A stretch of 64,000 nt of DNA from an uncultured Methanosarcinales archaeon (GTDB lineage: Archaea > Nanobdellota > Nanobdellia > Woesearchaeales > JAGWAF01). This document shows, one piece after another, positions 47,443 through 57,270 of the stretch. The translations under genes were made by a program, and so were the position numbers. The stretch lies in NCBI GenBank assembly GCA_964597775.1, contig CAZQZJ010000001.1:6033-70032 (forward strand), written 5' to 3'. Position 1 is the first letter of the stretch. Every line of letters starts with the position of its first letter. Under the pieces are notes generated by a model. That model did no database searches, was not told where the DNA came from, and worked only from the letters and a program-made list of their open reading frames with translations.

Positions 47443-48527
47443 TGCTTCTAGTTCTTAATGTTGGTTCGTCATCTATTAAATATGCTGTTTTTGAGCAGAG
47501 AAGAAAAAAGATATGTGGCAATATTGAGCAAATTGGTGAAGTATTAACCTATGAACAAGGAATAAATGCCATTGTCTCAATCCTTGATAAGAACAAGATA
47601 TCTTTTAATTTGATTACTCATATTGCACATAGGATTGTTCATGGAGGTCCATTACGCAAACCAACAATCCTTACCAAAGGTATTGTAAAAATGTTAGAAC
47701 GGTTTGTAGAATGTGCACCTCTGCATGAAGCGCCAGAATTAAAAATTGTTAAATGGTGTCTTATTCATAGTCTTGCTGATAATATTGGTGTGTTTGATAC
47801 TTCTTTTCATGAAACAATTTTGCAAGAAAATAGCATGTACGCCTTACCAAAAGATATGTGTCAGAAGTATGGATTTCGCAGGTATGGATTTCATGGGCTA
47901 TCTCACCAATCTATGATAGAACGTGCATCTCGTATATTAGGAAAAATTCCAGAGAATATGGTAAGTTGCCATCTTGGTTCTGGTTCATCAATAACTGCAA
48001 TCAAGCGCGGATTATCCTTTGATACTTCTATGGGTATGACTCCTCTAGAAGGAGTTGTTATGTCAAGCCGTTGCGGAAGTATTGATCCATCAATACCTCT
48101 CTTGGTAATGGAGCATGAAAAACGCTCTGCAAAGGAAATGTTACGTATACTCAATGAACAATCTGGATTTTTTGCACTCACAGGGCAAAAAGATATTCGG
48201 GAGATCTATAAACTGCACACGAAAGAAGCAGAGATTGCATTAAAATTGTTTTCACTGCAAATAACAAAATATATTGGAGCATATGCTGCTGAGATGGGTG
48301 GTCTTGATGTGATCTCATTTTCAGGTGGAATTGGAGAGCACCAATGGCAGCTTCGAGAAAGTGTCTTAGCTCCTTTGGAGTGGCTTGGTGTTCAGATTAA
48401 TAAGGAGCATAATAAGATTAATAATGAAACTGTTTCATCTGCGAATTCTCGGATTAGCATCTTTGTATTCCCTGCAAATGAAGAAGAGATGATAGCTAAG
48501 GACGCATTCACATTAATTTCTAAGTAA
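47433..48527 (+). CDS. ackA: acetate kinase
   Basis: LVLNVGSSSIKYAVFE at the N-terminus, FHGLSH and ITAIKRG motifs. It overlaps pta by 10 nt, indicating an operon. Confidence 0.75.
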   Translation: MVLMLLVLNVGSSSIKYAVFEQRRKKICGNIEQIGEVLTYEQGINAIVSILDKNKISFNLITHIAHRIVHGGPLRKPTILTKGIVKMLERFVECAPLHEAPELKIVKWCLIHSLADNIGVFDTSFHETILQENSMYALPKDMCQKYGFRRYGFHGLSHQSMIERASRILGKIPENMVSCHLGSGSSITAIKRGLSFDTSMGMTPLEGVVMSSRCGSIDPSIPLLVMEHEKRSAKEMLRILNEQSGFFALTGQKDIREIYKLHTKEAEIALKLFSLQITKYIGAYAAEMGGLDVISFSGGIGEHQWQLRESVLAPLEWLGVQINKEHNKINNETVSSANSRISIFVFPANEEEMIAKDAFTLISK

Positions 48528-48717
48528 AGAGAATTGTCAAAAGTTCGCACCCACCAATGATCGCGCTGCTGCGCTCAACACCAATGACATGCTCATCCTG
48601 CTGGATTCGGGGTGCTCACAAGCGAACCTTTGACTCCAGAATGGAACCGATGTCCGAACCACCAGTGAGGACACCCAATGGAATGAGTGCATTGAAAACT
48701 TATAGTGCAGAGAGGGG

Positions 48718-49782
48718 TTATTCAAATTTCTTTTTATAGCGTAGAATTGCCGCAATCCCCCCTATTCCATTGAGTTTTCTACCAGCTTCATGTGCGTCTG
48801 AGATAATACGAATATATCCATTTCCATGCTCTACAGCGCGCATGATGCGATCAAGATCTGGATAGGTTTTTGTTTCTCGTTTAATTTTGATAAATGATTC
48901 AGTGATAAGCAATTGTTGTATTGCGTTCTGTTGGGCAAATGCCAAAACCTCATTCCATCCATAAACTGCTTTGCCATCGGTAGCAAGTTCAGTAAAAAGA
49001 GATTCTACATCACGGATTTCAAGTGCGATTCTGTATGTACAAAGAACTGTTTTGGTTTCATCACGTTTAAGTATCTCATCAATTCCGTTAAGACTTACTG
49101 ATGATGCAGTTGCCATAATTATTTTTTTCTTAAGATCCAAAGGAAGTATTTTTGCAAAATCTTCTTTAAAAAATGCTGGACTTGCAAGAATAATGCGATC
49201 AGGATTAAAACGCTGATTATAAACACGCAATTGAGTGGATAGTTCAGTATAGAAATCCTTAATCTTTTCTACTCGATCTTTTTTAACAGCTTCCCCCCTC
49301 AGATGCAAAAGCACTTCTACTCCTGTAGTTGTCATACGTGCAATATATGCTTCATCACGATCATGGAGCACTATGAAAATAGGTGCTGGTTTGCTATTAC
49401 AAGATTCTTCAATCTTTTGAAGATGGTATGATAGCCATTCTTGCTTTTGAATAAGGATTTGTTCATGAAGATCAAGTTTGATGCTGTGATGCACTCCCCT
49501 AGGTAATTCTTCTGAGCCTCCAATAATAATACCAGAAATGCGAAGAATATCTCCTGCAAGCTCAATATTTTCAACACAGAGTTGAACAATGACTGATTTT
49601 TTAACAGTTGCTGATGTCTCGTCTCCAACCTTCATTTTTCTGTAGGTATGTGCCTCAACAGTATCTCCAGGATCAATAATTGTGGAAAGATACCATAAAT
49701 CTTCTGTTGTATCAGGAGCTAACTTAAGCTGTTTTGTCTTTGGATGAAAGTATAGTTTACGCATAGTTCTGAGAATGCCCAA
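48718..49782 (-). CDS. pelA: Pelota/Dom34 ribosome-rescue factor
   Basis: 354 aa. The N-terminal Sm-like domain and eRF1-like domains 2 and 3 are present (MRKLYFHPKTKQLKLAPDTTEDLWYLSTIIDPGDTV...). Confidence 0.8.
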   Translation of the reverse strand: MGILRTMRKLYFHPKTKQLKLAPDTTEDLWYLSTIIDPGDTVEAHTYRKMKVGDETSATVKKSVIVQLCVENIELAGDILRISGIIIGGSEELPRGVHHSIKLDLHEQILIQKQEWLSYHLQKIEESCNSKPAPIFIVLHDRDEAYIARMTTTGVEVLLHLRGEAVKKDRVEKIKDFYTELSTQLRVYNQRFNPDRIILASPAFFKEDFAKILPLDLKKKIIMATASSVSLNGIDEILKRDETKTVLCTYRIALEIRDVESLFTELATDGKAVYGWNEVLAFAQQNAIQQLLITESFIKIKRETKTYPDLDRIMRAVEHGNGYIRIISDAHEAGRKLNGIGGIAAILRYKKKFE

Positions 49783-49820
49783 AGGTTTAAATATTCTCCT
49801 GACGGTGAGGAATCTCCATA

Positions 49821-50984
49821 ATGATACCTAATAAAAGAGCGCAGCCAGCAAATGAGGCATGGGTACTTGTTGGTCTCATCACCCTTTTACTAGTATTTTA
49901 TATCCTATTCCTGCCACCAGCAGATAGAAAGAAACTACTTGAGGAAACACCAACAACTGCACAAGGGTTGGCAAATTCCACATTAATTGTAGAACATGTT
50001 GGGCTTCTCGAATCTCACGAACCTACAATTGAGCATGGTATTCCACCAAGCCACATTTTTGAGGCAAAAAAGGCTGTGGTTTTAGAATCCTTCAACCCTT
50101 TTTTTATAAAAAAAGGGTGGTTTACACAAAGAAATGAAAACCTTTCATTTCTTATACCTGATTTAGAACATACAGATAATGTGGTATTAGCATTTGATGC
50201 ACCAGCACATGTTGGCATCTTAACACTTAAATTAAATGGCAGAGTCATTTTCGAATCAGCAATAACACGATCACCTGCACCTATCCGAATCAGAAAAGAT
50301 TGGTTGCAAAAAGAAAATTCGCTTGAATTTGTTGTGAACAATGTTGGTTTTGCTTTTTGGCGTGTAAATCAGATATCTTTTGATAATATCAAGATACTTG
50401 GGGATGTTACAGATATTTCTCGGCAAAAATCTCAAAATGTGTTTGCGATTTCACCAGAAGAGAAGAGAAATTTGCTTATAGCAAAGTTGTTGTATACATC
50501 TGATTGTAAGGAGCATGATGTTAGTCCTTTGATGATATTGGTTAATAATCAGCGTGTGTTTTCTGGTATACCAGATTGTGGTGGGAAGAATCAAATAGAG
50601 ATAAGTGGAACTGTATTTGAAGAAGGTGTTAATACCTTGACATTCCAAACAAATCAAGGCGATTATTATCTTTCAAATATGAAATTAATCACTGCACTTA
50701 AGAAGACAAAGGCTTATATTAACTATTTTGATATATCTCAAGAATTGTTTAGTAGTGTTCAGAGTGGTACTGCTAGGGTAATGCTTGAGATAGATTTTGT
50801 TGATGATCAGAAACCAAAAAGTGCTCAGCTTAATATTAATGGACACGTAACCTATATTGATCAGATTGAGCCATTTTATGTAAGAAATCTTAATACATTC
50901 ATACTCTTAGGTTATCGAAATTATATTGAGATAGTTCCTGATACTTCAATAAGTATTCCACAACTTCGTATTGTGGTTAAGTAG
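49821..50984 (+). CDS. membrane-anchored extracytoplasmic hypothetical protein
   Basis: The N-terminus MIPNKRAQPANEAWVLVGLITLLLVFYILFL has the same MIPNKR motif as the frameshifted small gene at 5727-6064. 387 aa. Confidence 0.5.
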   Translation: MIPNKRAQPANEAWVLVGLITLLLVFYILFLPPADRKKLLEETPTTAQGLANSTLIVEHVGLLESHEPTIEHGIPPSHIFEAKKAVVLESFNPFFIKKGWFTQRNENLSFLIPDLEHTDNVVLAFDAPAHVGILTLKLNGRVIFESAITRSPAPIRIRKDWLQKENSLEFVVNNVGFAFWRVNQISFDNIKILGDVTDISRQKSQNVFAISPEEKRNLLIAKLLYTSDCKEHDVSPLMILVNNQRVFSGIPDCGGKNQIEISGTVFEEGVNTLTFQTNQGDYYLSNMKLITALKKTKAYINYFDISQELFSSVQSGTARVMLEIDFVDDQKPKSAQLNINGHVTYIDQIEPFYVRNLNTFILLGYRNYIEIVPDTSISIPQLRIVVK

Positions 50985-50990
50985 GGTAAC

Positions 50991-52670
50991 ATGGCACAAG
51001 TAATGCCTGCTCAAGAATCAACATCTACTGGATTTCTTATACTTTGCTTAGCTGCAATAGGGATAGTATATATCTCTTATCTTGGTGGTGGTATTCCAGT
51101 CATGATGTTGGTTGCTGCACTCGGTCTTATCCTTACTCTTGTATTTGGAACTGCATCCTATTTTGCACTTGGATGTGCAATTATTGTTCATGTTATAGAT
51201 GCCATTCTCGGATTTGATCGCTCCTCATTTACTGCAGAGTTCCTAATTGTATATTTGTTAATGTTTTTGATAGCTTTATGGGTCTATGGTCTTGGTGAAA
51301 ATGGTAGGAATATGGGTGTGTTTGCATTAGTATCTTTTCTTTCTTTCTTGTTACCATTTGTCAAAGGATTGCTCTCAAAACTAATTCCAAATGTGTTTAG
51401 CGTCTATATTGATGGTATTATTCTCTTTGCTCCAATCTGGGTGTGCTTCTTGCTTCTAACGCGTTTAGAGCTACGACAGGTTGGTATGCTGTATATTAGT
51501 CTGTGGATTGTAATATTTAGTATTAATTTTAGTTATGTGGCAGGAACGCAAGGAATTAGTAGTTTTGCAAAATTAGGACTAACTGCTGATGTTATCGATG
51601 TTTCTAAACCAATAGGTATCTTATGGAGTAATACAGTGCGATCCTTTTGGTATGCATATACAAGATCAAAGGGATTAATATTAGGATTTTCAGATACAGT
51701 TTCATCTGGATTTGAACGTCAGATCCAAGAAGCAATAGGTGGGCAACAAGAGCAAGAAAAAAAGTTTGTAGGGCTTACTATTGTAGATATTGCATCGCTT
51801 GCAGGTGTACCACTTCTTGAAGGTGAGCCCATAACTGTTATAGCACGGCTCAAAGCAGGGGTGTTAGATCAGGAGATTCCGGTTGTGTTACAATGCGAGG
51901 CAACAAAGACAAGTGAAAAGGGAATACAACGTATTAGAGGAGAAGTAAGGCCTCAAGAGCGACTTACTATCTATTCTGAATATGATGATGATACTGATTG
52001 CAGTTTTTCATCCTTGTCAAAAGGGTCATATGATGTTTCAATGTCTGCGCTTTATGATTTTGAGACTATAGGTTCTGTGTCTCATTATGTGATTAGTAGC
52101 GAATTATTTGCAGCATTAACCAAACGCGCAAGAAAAGAAGGTTCAGATCCAAACAATCTTTTTTTCAGTCAGTATGGTCTTGCTTCTCTTGGTGATTCAA
52201 TCTCAACAGGAGGTCCAGTGCTTGTAGCGTTATCTGTTGGTAAGCCTGTGTTGGTTATTGATGATACTAATCCGTCAGAGCACATATTAAAAGTAACCAT
52301 TCGCAATCTATGGGAAGGTTCGATTAAGACGTTAAAAGAGTTGATTATTGTGACACCCAAAGGGTTTGAGATTAGGGATGTTGCTGGTAAGGATCCAAAA
52401 GGTGAAATCCTGCAGAGTTCCTGCAATGAGATTCCTTTTGCACGGTGTGATGATGAACAGAGTGTGGCATATCGTGTTCCAATAAAAGCTACTGGAATAA
52501 AAAGTATACAAAATATTCGAGTTTATCTTACGCCTTCAAGTACACAAGATATCCTTACTGGTATTTATACAATTAAGACATTTAAGGTGATTGCTGATTA
52601 TACATACCAAATTGAAAAAAGCACGAGTTTAATAGTAAAAGAAGAAGCAAAAGAAGTGTCACAGGTATGA
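50991..52670 (+). CDS. polytopic membrane protein (about 6 TM) with large C-terminal soluble domain
   Basis: 559 aa with hydrophobic helices through about residue 190. It starts 7 nt after the previous gene and its stop overlaps the next gene, so it sits in an operon. Confidence 0.5.
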   Translation: MAQVMPAQESTSTGFLILCLAAIGIVYISYLGGGIPVMMLVAALGLILTLVFGTASYFALGCAIIVHVIDAILGFDRSSFTAEFLIVYLLMFLIALWVYGLGENGRNMGVFALVSFLSFLLPFVKGLLSKLIPNVFSVYIDGIILFAPIWVCFLLLTRLELRQVGMLYISLWIVIFSINFSYVAGTQGISSFAKLGLTADVIDVSKPIGILWSNTVRSFWYAYTRSKGLILGFSDTVSSGFERQIQEAIGGQQEQEKKFVGLTIVDIASLAGVPLLEGEPITVIARLKAGVLDQEIPVVLQCEATKTSEKGIQRIRGEVRPQERLTIYSEYDDDTDCSFSSLSKGSYDVSMSALYDFETIGSVSHYVISSELFAALTKRARKEGSDPNNLFFSQYGLASLGDSISTGGPVLVALSVGKPVLVIDDTNPSEHILKVTIRNLWEGSIKTLKELIIVTPKGFEIRDVAGKDPKGEILQSSCNEIPFARCDDEQSVAYRVPIKATGIKSIQNIRVYLTPSSTQDILTGIYTIKTFKVIADYTYQIEKSTSLIVKEEAKEVSQV

Positions 52671-53665
52671 ATATCTTACACAATTTAGTATCAGTGCTAT
52701 TATCTAGGGTTAGTAAAAAAGTAGCGATGTTAATCTCAGGTAGAAGCTTTCTATTTGTTATGGTGTTTATTATATTTGCTGGATGTGATTCTTTAAGCAG
52801 AGTTGCTGGACCAACTGCAGTACAAGTTCATACAGGAACTCAAGGATTAGAAGCAAATTTTGTTGCAAATACCCCTCCACTACAACTCTTTGAGCAAACG
52901 CCCTTTAACCTACTTCTTGAGGTTAGTAATAAAGGAGCCAATGATCTTGAGAATGTAGCATTTAGTATTAGTACAAACCCCCAACTTGTACTCTTGCGTA
53001 ATCCAGATGAACAACGCGTAATTCAACTAGCAGGAAGATCAAGAATAAATCCTAATGGAGAAAAAATAATTCTTAATATCAAAGCACAAACTCAAAAGGT
53101 AAGTGGAACAAGTGGTGTTTCTGTGCCAATCTCAACAAGTTTTTGTTACCAGTATCAGACCAAGGCTTCACCATTTATTTGTGTTGATACAGATCCTACG
53201 AATCAGCGACAATTAAAAAAATCATGTGATGCACAGGAGGTAAGTTTAGGAAATGGACAAGGAGGTCCAGTATCTGTAACCCGTGTTATACCATCATTAT
53301 ATCTTTCTGATCTTGGTGATCGTGTAAATCTTCGTATTAAAATCTTTATTGCAAATCAAGGAAACGGAGAGATTATTGACACATCGCAAATTGAAAATTA
53401 TTGCGCTGGCCATCCAAGTAAAGATGTGTTTAATCGTGTGAGTATTCGTGCACAATTCCAGGATCAAGTGTTACAATGTAATAAAGAGATCTTGACACTC
53501 AAGCGCGAAAATGAGGATGAGAATTATATAGAGTGTGAATTGCCACAAGGAATCAATGTTCGTCTTGCACCATTCTTAACACCAGTTTCTATAATATTAG
53601 AATATGGATATACATTTACTGTATCAAGAACAATGACTATTCTCCCAAGAGAAATGTTTATATAA
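52667..53665 (+). CDS. secreted/lipoprotein-like protein, paralog 1 of 3 (CYxY...C family)
   Basis: Lipobox-like FIIFAGCDS. Conserved motifs are shared with 53688..54623 and 54969..55922 (FCYQYQTKASPFICVDTDP; GNGQGGPVSV). Confidence 0.55.
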   Translation: MNILHNLVSVLLSRVSKKVAMLISGRSFLFVMVFIIFAGCDSLSRVAGPTAVQVHTGTQGLEANFVANTPPLQLFEQTPFNLLLEVSNKGANDLENVAFSISTNPQLVLLRNPDEQRVIQLAGRSRINPNGEKIILNIKAQTQKVSGTSGVSVPISTSFCYQYQTKASPFICVDTDPTNQRQLKKSCDAQEVSLGNGQGGPVSVTRVIPSLYLSDLGDRVNLRIKIFIANQGNGEIIDTSQIENYCAGHPSKDVFNRVSIRAQFQDQVLQCNKEILTLKRENEDENYIECELPQGINVRLAPFLTPVSIILEYGYTFTVSRTMTILPREMFI

Positions 53666-53687
53666 CCAATCGTCGTGGTTCTATTGT

Positions 53688-54623
53688 ATGCAAAAGCAGT
53701 ATATCTTAATAGTATTTCTTGTCCTACTTGTTTCCTGTATAGGTGGTGGAAGAAAGGAAACAAAGACGTTTGCTGAATTTCGAACTGGAAGTGAAGGTGT
53801 ACGAATGGAATTTCTATCAAATCTGCCTCCACCTCGACAATATGATGATCAAGATTTTAATATACAACTTAAGGTAACCAATGCTGGAGCCTATGATGTA
53901 GGATTAGCCACAGACCGGGTCTATATATCTGGTTTTGATCCTAGTATTATTACAGGGATCTCAACATTTGGAGAACCAATTCCACAATTACAAGGTAAAA
54001 CACAATTCAATCTTCAAGGACAATATGGATTTGTAAATTTTAAAGGTATGCCTAGGTCATTGCGTTCAAAAAATATTGACAAATTTCCATTTCCAATCAT
54101 TGCAACAGCATGTTATAACTATCATAGCACTGCTCAGGGAAATGTCTGCATTGATCCAGATCCTTTTTCAGCAACACTAAAACAAAAAGCATGCACACCT
54201 ATAAGTGTAAGTATGGGTGGAACTCAAGGTGGACCAATAGCTGTCCAAGGTGCAACAGTAGAATCTAGTCCTGGGAGAATACGATTCCGTATTGATATAG
54301 CTAATGTAGGTAATGGTTTAGTGTATAAATTTGGGCCTGAATTCTCGCAAAAATGTTCCCCCTATGATCAACGAGGTCTTTCATTTAATGAAGTAGATGC
54401 AGTACGACTTGATCGCGTAGAGGTTTCAGGAACAAATATACTTCCCTCATGCAAACCTTTAGATCAGGGATATGTACGATTATTCAATAATCGTGCCAGT
54501 ATTGAATGTGAATTTATCCTTCCACGTGCTGTAGCTGCCTACGTAAGTCCGCTCCTTGTTGATTTGAGTTATGGATATCAGCAATCTATTCAAAGACAAG
54601 TAGAGATTGTAGCCTCTCAGTAG
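53688..54623 (+). CDS. secreted/lipoprotein-like protein, paralog 2 of 3
   Basis: MQKQYILIVFLVLLVSCIGGG lipobox. Motifs ACYNYHSTAQGNVCIDPDP and GGTQGGPIAV. Confidence 0.55.
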   Translation: MQKQYILIVFLVLLVSCIGGGRKETKTFAEFRTGSEGVRMEFLSNLPPPRQYDDQDFNIQLKVTNAGAYDVGLATDRVYISGFDPSIITGISTFGEPIPQLQGKTQFNLQGQYGFVNFKGMPRSLRSKNIDKFPFPIIATACYNYHSTAQGNVCIDPDPFSATLKQKACTPISVSMGGTQGGPIAVQGATVESSPGRIRFRIDIANVGNGLVYKFGPEFSQKCSPYDQRGLSFNEVDAVRLDRVEVSGTNILPSCKPLDQGYVRLFNNRASIECEFILPRAVAAYVSPLLVDLSYGYQQSIQRQVEIVASQ

Positions 54624-54624
54624 G

Positions 54625-54945
54625 CTCTGTAGAAAGTCACTGTCGGCAGCCTGAGTTCAACCGTATCACTAAAGGAGATTAGCATCGACAATGAGGTTGC
54701 AACAAAGTCACGCAGCGGCTTTGTGCACCACAAGAATTTGGTATACTGCACTCCTATGAATTTTTTGTGTTAATGCAATACTCGAAGCATTAACACCTTT
54801 TTCATATTCCTTAACTATCCAAACCCTCTTCTTAAAAGTTAACTTATTCATTTTACCTCACCCCTCGAAGAGGTAAAATCACGACTTTAATAGACAACTA
54901 CACTTGTCTAGCTAAATCGTGATAGCATAACAGAGCCCTCTCAGT
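54625..54945. other. highly structured 320-bp spacer between paralogs 2 and 3 (candidate structured RNA)
   Basis: A perfect 10-bp hairpin gtgttaatgc-aatactcgaa-gcattaacac and a hairpin tacctc-acccctcgaa-gaggta share the loop motif ctcgaa. aaatcacgac pairs with atcgtgat. Terminal ggctctg pairs with cagagcc. No ORF is present. Confidence 0.25.
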
Positions 54946-54968
54946 AGAAACATTTTTATATCAATCTC

Positions 54969-55922
54969 GTGGGTACGAACAGTATGATTTCAATGCGACT
55001 TATTATCTTGTTCTGTGTTGTACTCATGCTTGCTGCATGTCAAAAAGAAACAAATCAAGGTTTAAGCACGCCTTTTATTGGAGGATTGAGTGGTTTTTCT
55101 GTAGGATTCCAAGCCGATGCACCTCCAAAAGAGGTATATGATGGTGGTAGATTTCCTTTTGCAGTGGTGGTCAAGATTCAAAACATTGGCGAATTTTTAG
55201 TGCCAAAAGATAAGGTAAAAGTGTCTCTTAGTGGTATTGATCCTGTTGAGTTTGGTCTAAACCCTAATGATTTAATAAAGTCTCCTGGAGATGATATGCT
55301 GCCTCGTCGTAAAGATGCAGGTGGTAATATACTTGAATCTAATCCTTTTTTTCTTGAGTTTAAAAATTTGAACCATGTTCGTAGAATTACTGGTTCTGCA
55401 CTGGATTTCCCACTACGTGCTGAAGTTTGTTATAATTATGGAACAATTGCCACAAGTAAGTTATGCAGTCGCAAAAATGTTTTAAATCCAACACCAGGAG
55501 GTATTTGTACTATTAATGAAGAAAAAAAGGTTGCTAATTCAGGAGCACCAGTTCAAATCGTCTCGTTACAAGAATCAACACGGGCTCAGGATAAAGTAGC
55601 ATTTACATTTAAGATCCAGCATGTTGGTACAGGTTTTCTGTATCGCAAACTAACAGGATGTGAGAAATCATCGATCCGAGCCACAGAACAAAAGGTATTT
55701 GTAAATGTGAGAGAGCCTGCCTCTGGTGTGGAATGTGTAGGATTATCGAGTAATTCAGTTCCAAATCAAGGTGAAGTAACTCTTTTTGATGGGTCCAACA
55801 CAGTAACCTGTACTATGACATTGCAACGTCCTGGCGATTTCGAATTCCCAGTAACTATTGATTTAAATTATGATTATGAAGATACTACTGAAACAAACCT
55901 TTTAGTAAAGCGTTCTGAATAA
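54969..55922 (+). CDS. secreted/lipoprotein-like protein, paralog 3 of 3
   Basis: MRLIILFCVVLMLAACQKE lipobox. Motifs EVCYNYGTIATSKLC and SGAPVQIVSL. Confidence 0.55.
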   Translation: MGTNSMISMRLIILFCVVLMLAACQKETNQGLSTPFIGGLSGFSVGFQADAPPKEVYDGGRFPFAVVVKIQNIGEFLVPKDKVKVSLSGIDPVEFGLNPNDLIKSPGDDMLPRRKDAGGNILESNPFFLEFKNLNHVRRITGSALDFPLRAEVCYNYGTIATSKLCSRKNVLNPTPGGICTINEEKKVANSGAPVQIVSLQESTRAQDKVAFTFKIQHVGTGFLYRKLTGCEKSSIRATEQKVFVNVREPASGVECVGLSSNSVPNQGEVTLFDGSNTVTCTMTLQRPGDFEFPVTIDLNYDYEDTTETNLLVKRSE

Positions 55923-55957
55923 GTAAGGTTTTAAAATGAGCTAGGTTTCTGCTTTGT

Positions 55958-56920
55958 ATGGAGATATTATCTATCTGGACTGAAAAATATAGACCAAAGG
56001 AATTTTCTGATATATATGGTCAAGAAGAGATTATATCAAAGATAAGGGCCTTTGTTGAACAAAAAAATATGCCACATCTGCTCTTTGTAGGCCCTGCAGG
56101 TGTTGGTAAAACGTCGCTTGCCTTGGTCATCGCAAAGAAACTATTTGGAGACCTATGGCATGATAATCTTTTGGAATTAAATGCCTCTGATGAAAGAGGA
56201 ATTGATGTTGTTCGTGTAAAAGTAAAGGATTTTGCCAGAACAAGATCTATAGGTAATACTCCCTTTAAGATTATTCATTTAGATGAGTGTGATGCATTAA
56301 CAAAGGAAGCCCAGCAAGCATTAAGAAGAATTATGGAAAACTATGCTCAAACCTGTAGATTTATTTTAAGCGCAAATTATTCATCAAAAATACTTGATCC
56401 GATTCAATCACGTTGTGCCGTATTCAGATTTAAACCGCTTCAAAAGGATGATATCCTGCATGTTATTAATTATATTGCTGCTCAAGAAGGCTTGATCTTA
56501 ACTAATGATGTGCGAGAAGCATTTGTGCAAGTTTGTCAAGGAGATTGTAGACGCTTGGAGAATATTATGCAGTCTTGTGCTGCAGTAAACAAAGAACTTA
56601 CAACTGATACAGTATTCTCAATGTCCTCTGTTGCTAAACCTAAAGAAATGCAAGAAGTATTAAATCTTGCATTACAAAATAAGTTTATTGATGCAAGAAA
56701 AAGGCTCTTTGAAGTACTCCAACAATACTCTTTATCAGGCATTGATGCTATTAAACAGATTGAGCATGAGATTTGGGAGCTTGATATTTCAGATAAAAAG
56801 AAAGTAGAATTAATTGATAAGTGTGGAGAGATTGAGTTTCGAATGGTTGAAGGATCTGATGAAATACTTCAAATTGAAGTCTTTTTAGCCCAAGTCGCTG
56901 CTGTTGGGCTTAGTAATTAG
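55958..56920 (+). CDS. rfcS: replication factor C small subunit
   Basis: Walker A FVGPAGVGKTSLA, DEAD-like HLDECD and SRC motif (ILDPIQSRCAVFRF). 320 aa. Confidence 0.85.
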   Translation: MEILSIWTEKYRPKEFSDIYGQEEIISKIRAFVEQKNMPHLLFVGPAGVGKTSLALVIAKKLFGDLWHDNLLELNASDERGIDVVRVKVKDFARTRSIGNTPFKIIHLDECDALTKEAQQALRRIMENYAQTCRFILSANYSSKILDPIQSRCAVFRFKPLQKDDILHVINYIAAQEGLILTNDVREAFVQVCQGDCRRLENIMQSCAAVNKELTTDTVFSMSSVAKPKEMQEVLNLALQNKFIDARKRLFEVLQQYSLSGIDAIKQIEHEIWELDISDKKKVELIDKCGEIEFRMVEGSDEILQIEVFLAQVAAVGLSN

Positions 56921-57237
56921 ATGATATCCTCCTCAGAAATAACCATAAAATCTCCAATAGCAATAACTGAGGAAAATGGTACTAGAAGATTTCCTTCTTT
57001 GTCCTTTTCAAGTTCAAGTTTTTCACAATAAGAGGTAGGATTAACAAGAACCATATGAATTAATTCTCCTGAACGCGTTTCAAAAATAATATCTCCAACC
57101 TCACCAAAACGTTTACCTGTTTTGGATACGATAGTCTTACCAATAATCTGTTTTGAGAACTTTTTATCCTCTTCAGCCATGCCTGGGACGTTGTCAAGGT
57201 GCGTATTTAAACCTTTCTGTATGTATTGAAAGATCAT
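56917..57237 (-). CDS. PRC-barrel domain protein
   Basis: 106 aa. IIGKTIVSKTGKRFGEVGDIIFETRSGELIHMVL is typical of the PRC-barrel fold. Confidence 0.5.
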   Translation of the reverse strand: MIFQYIQKGLNTHLDNVPGMAEEDKKFSKQIIGKTIVSKTGKRFGEVGDIIFETRSGELIHMVLVNPTSYCEKLELEKDKEGNLLVPFSSVIAIGDFMVISEEDII

Positions 57238-57270
57238 TTACTAACAAGGGATGACATTTTGTAAAAAAAG

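Noticed and set aside
48537-48720. Moderately GC-rich 190-bp intergenic region after ackA inspected for a tRNA
   Set aside because: No acceptor/T-arm (GGTTCGAATCC-like) or D-arm pattern on either strand. It is likely just 3' UTRs of the convergent ackA and pelota genes.
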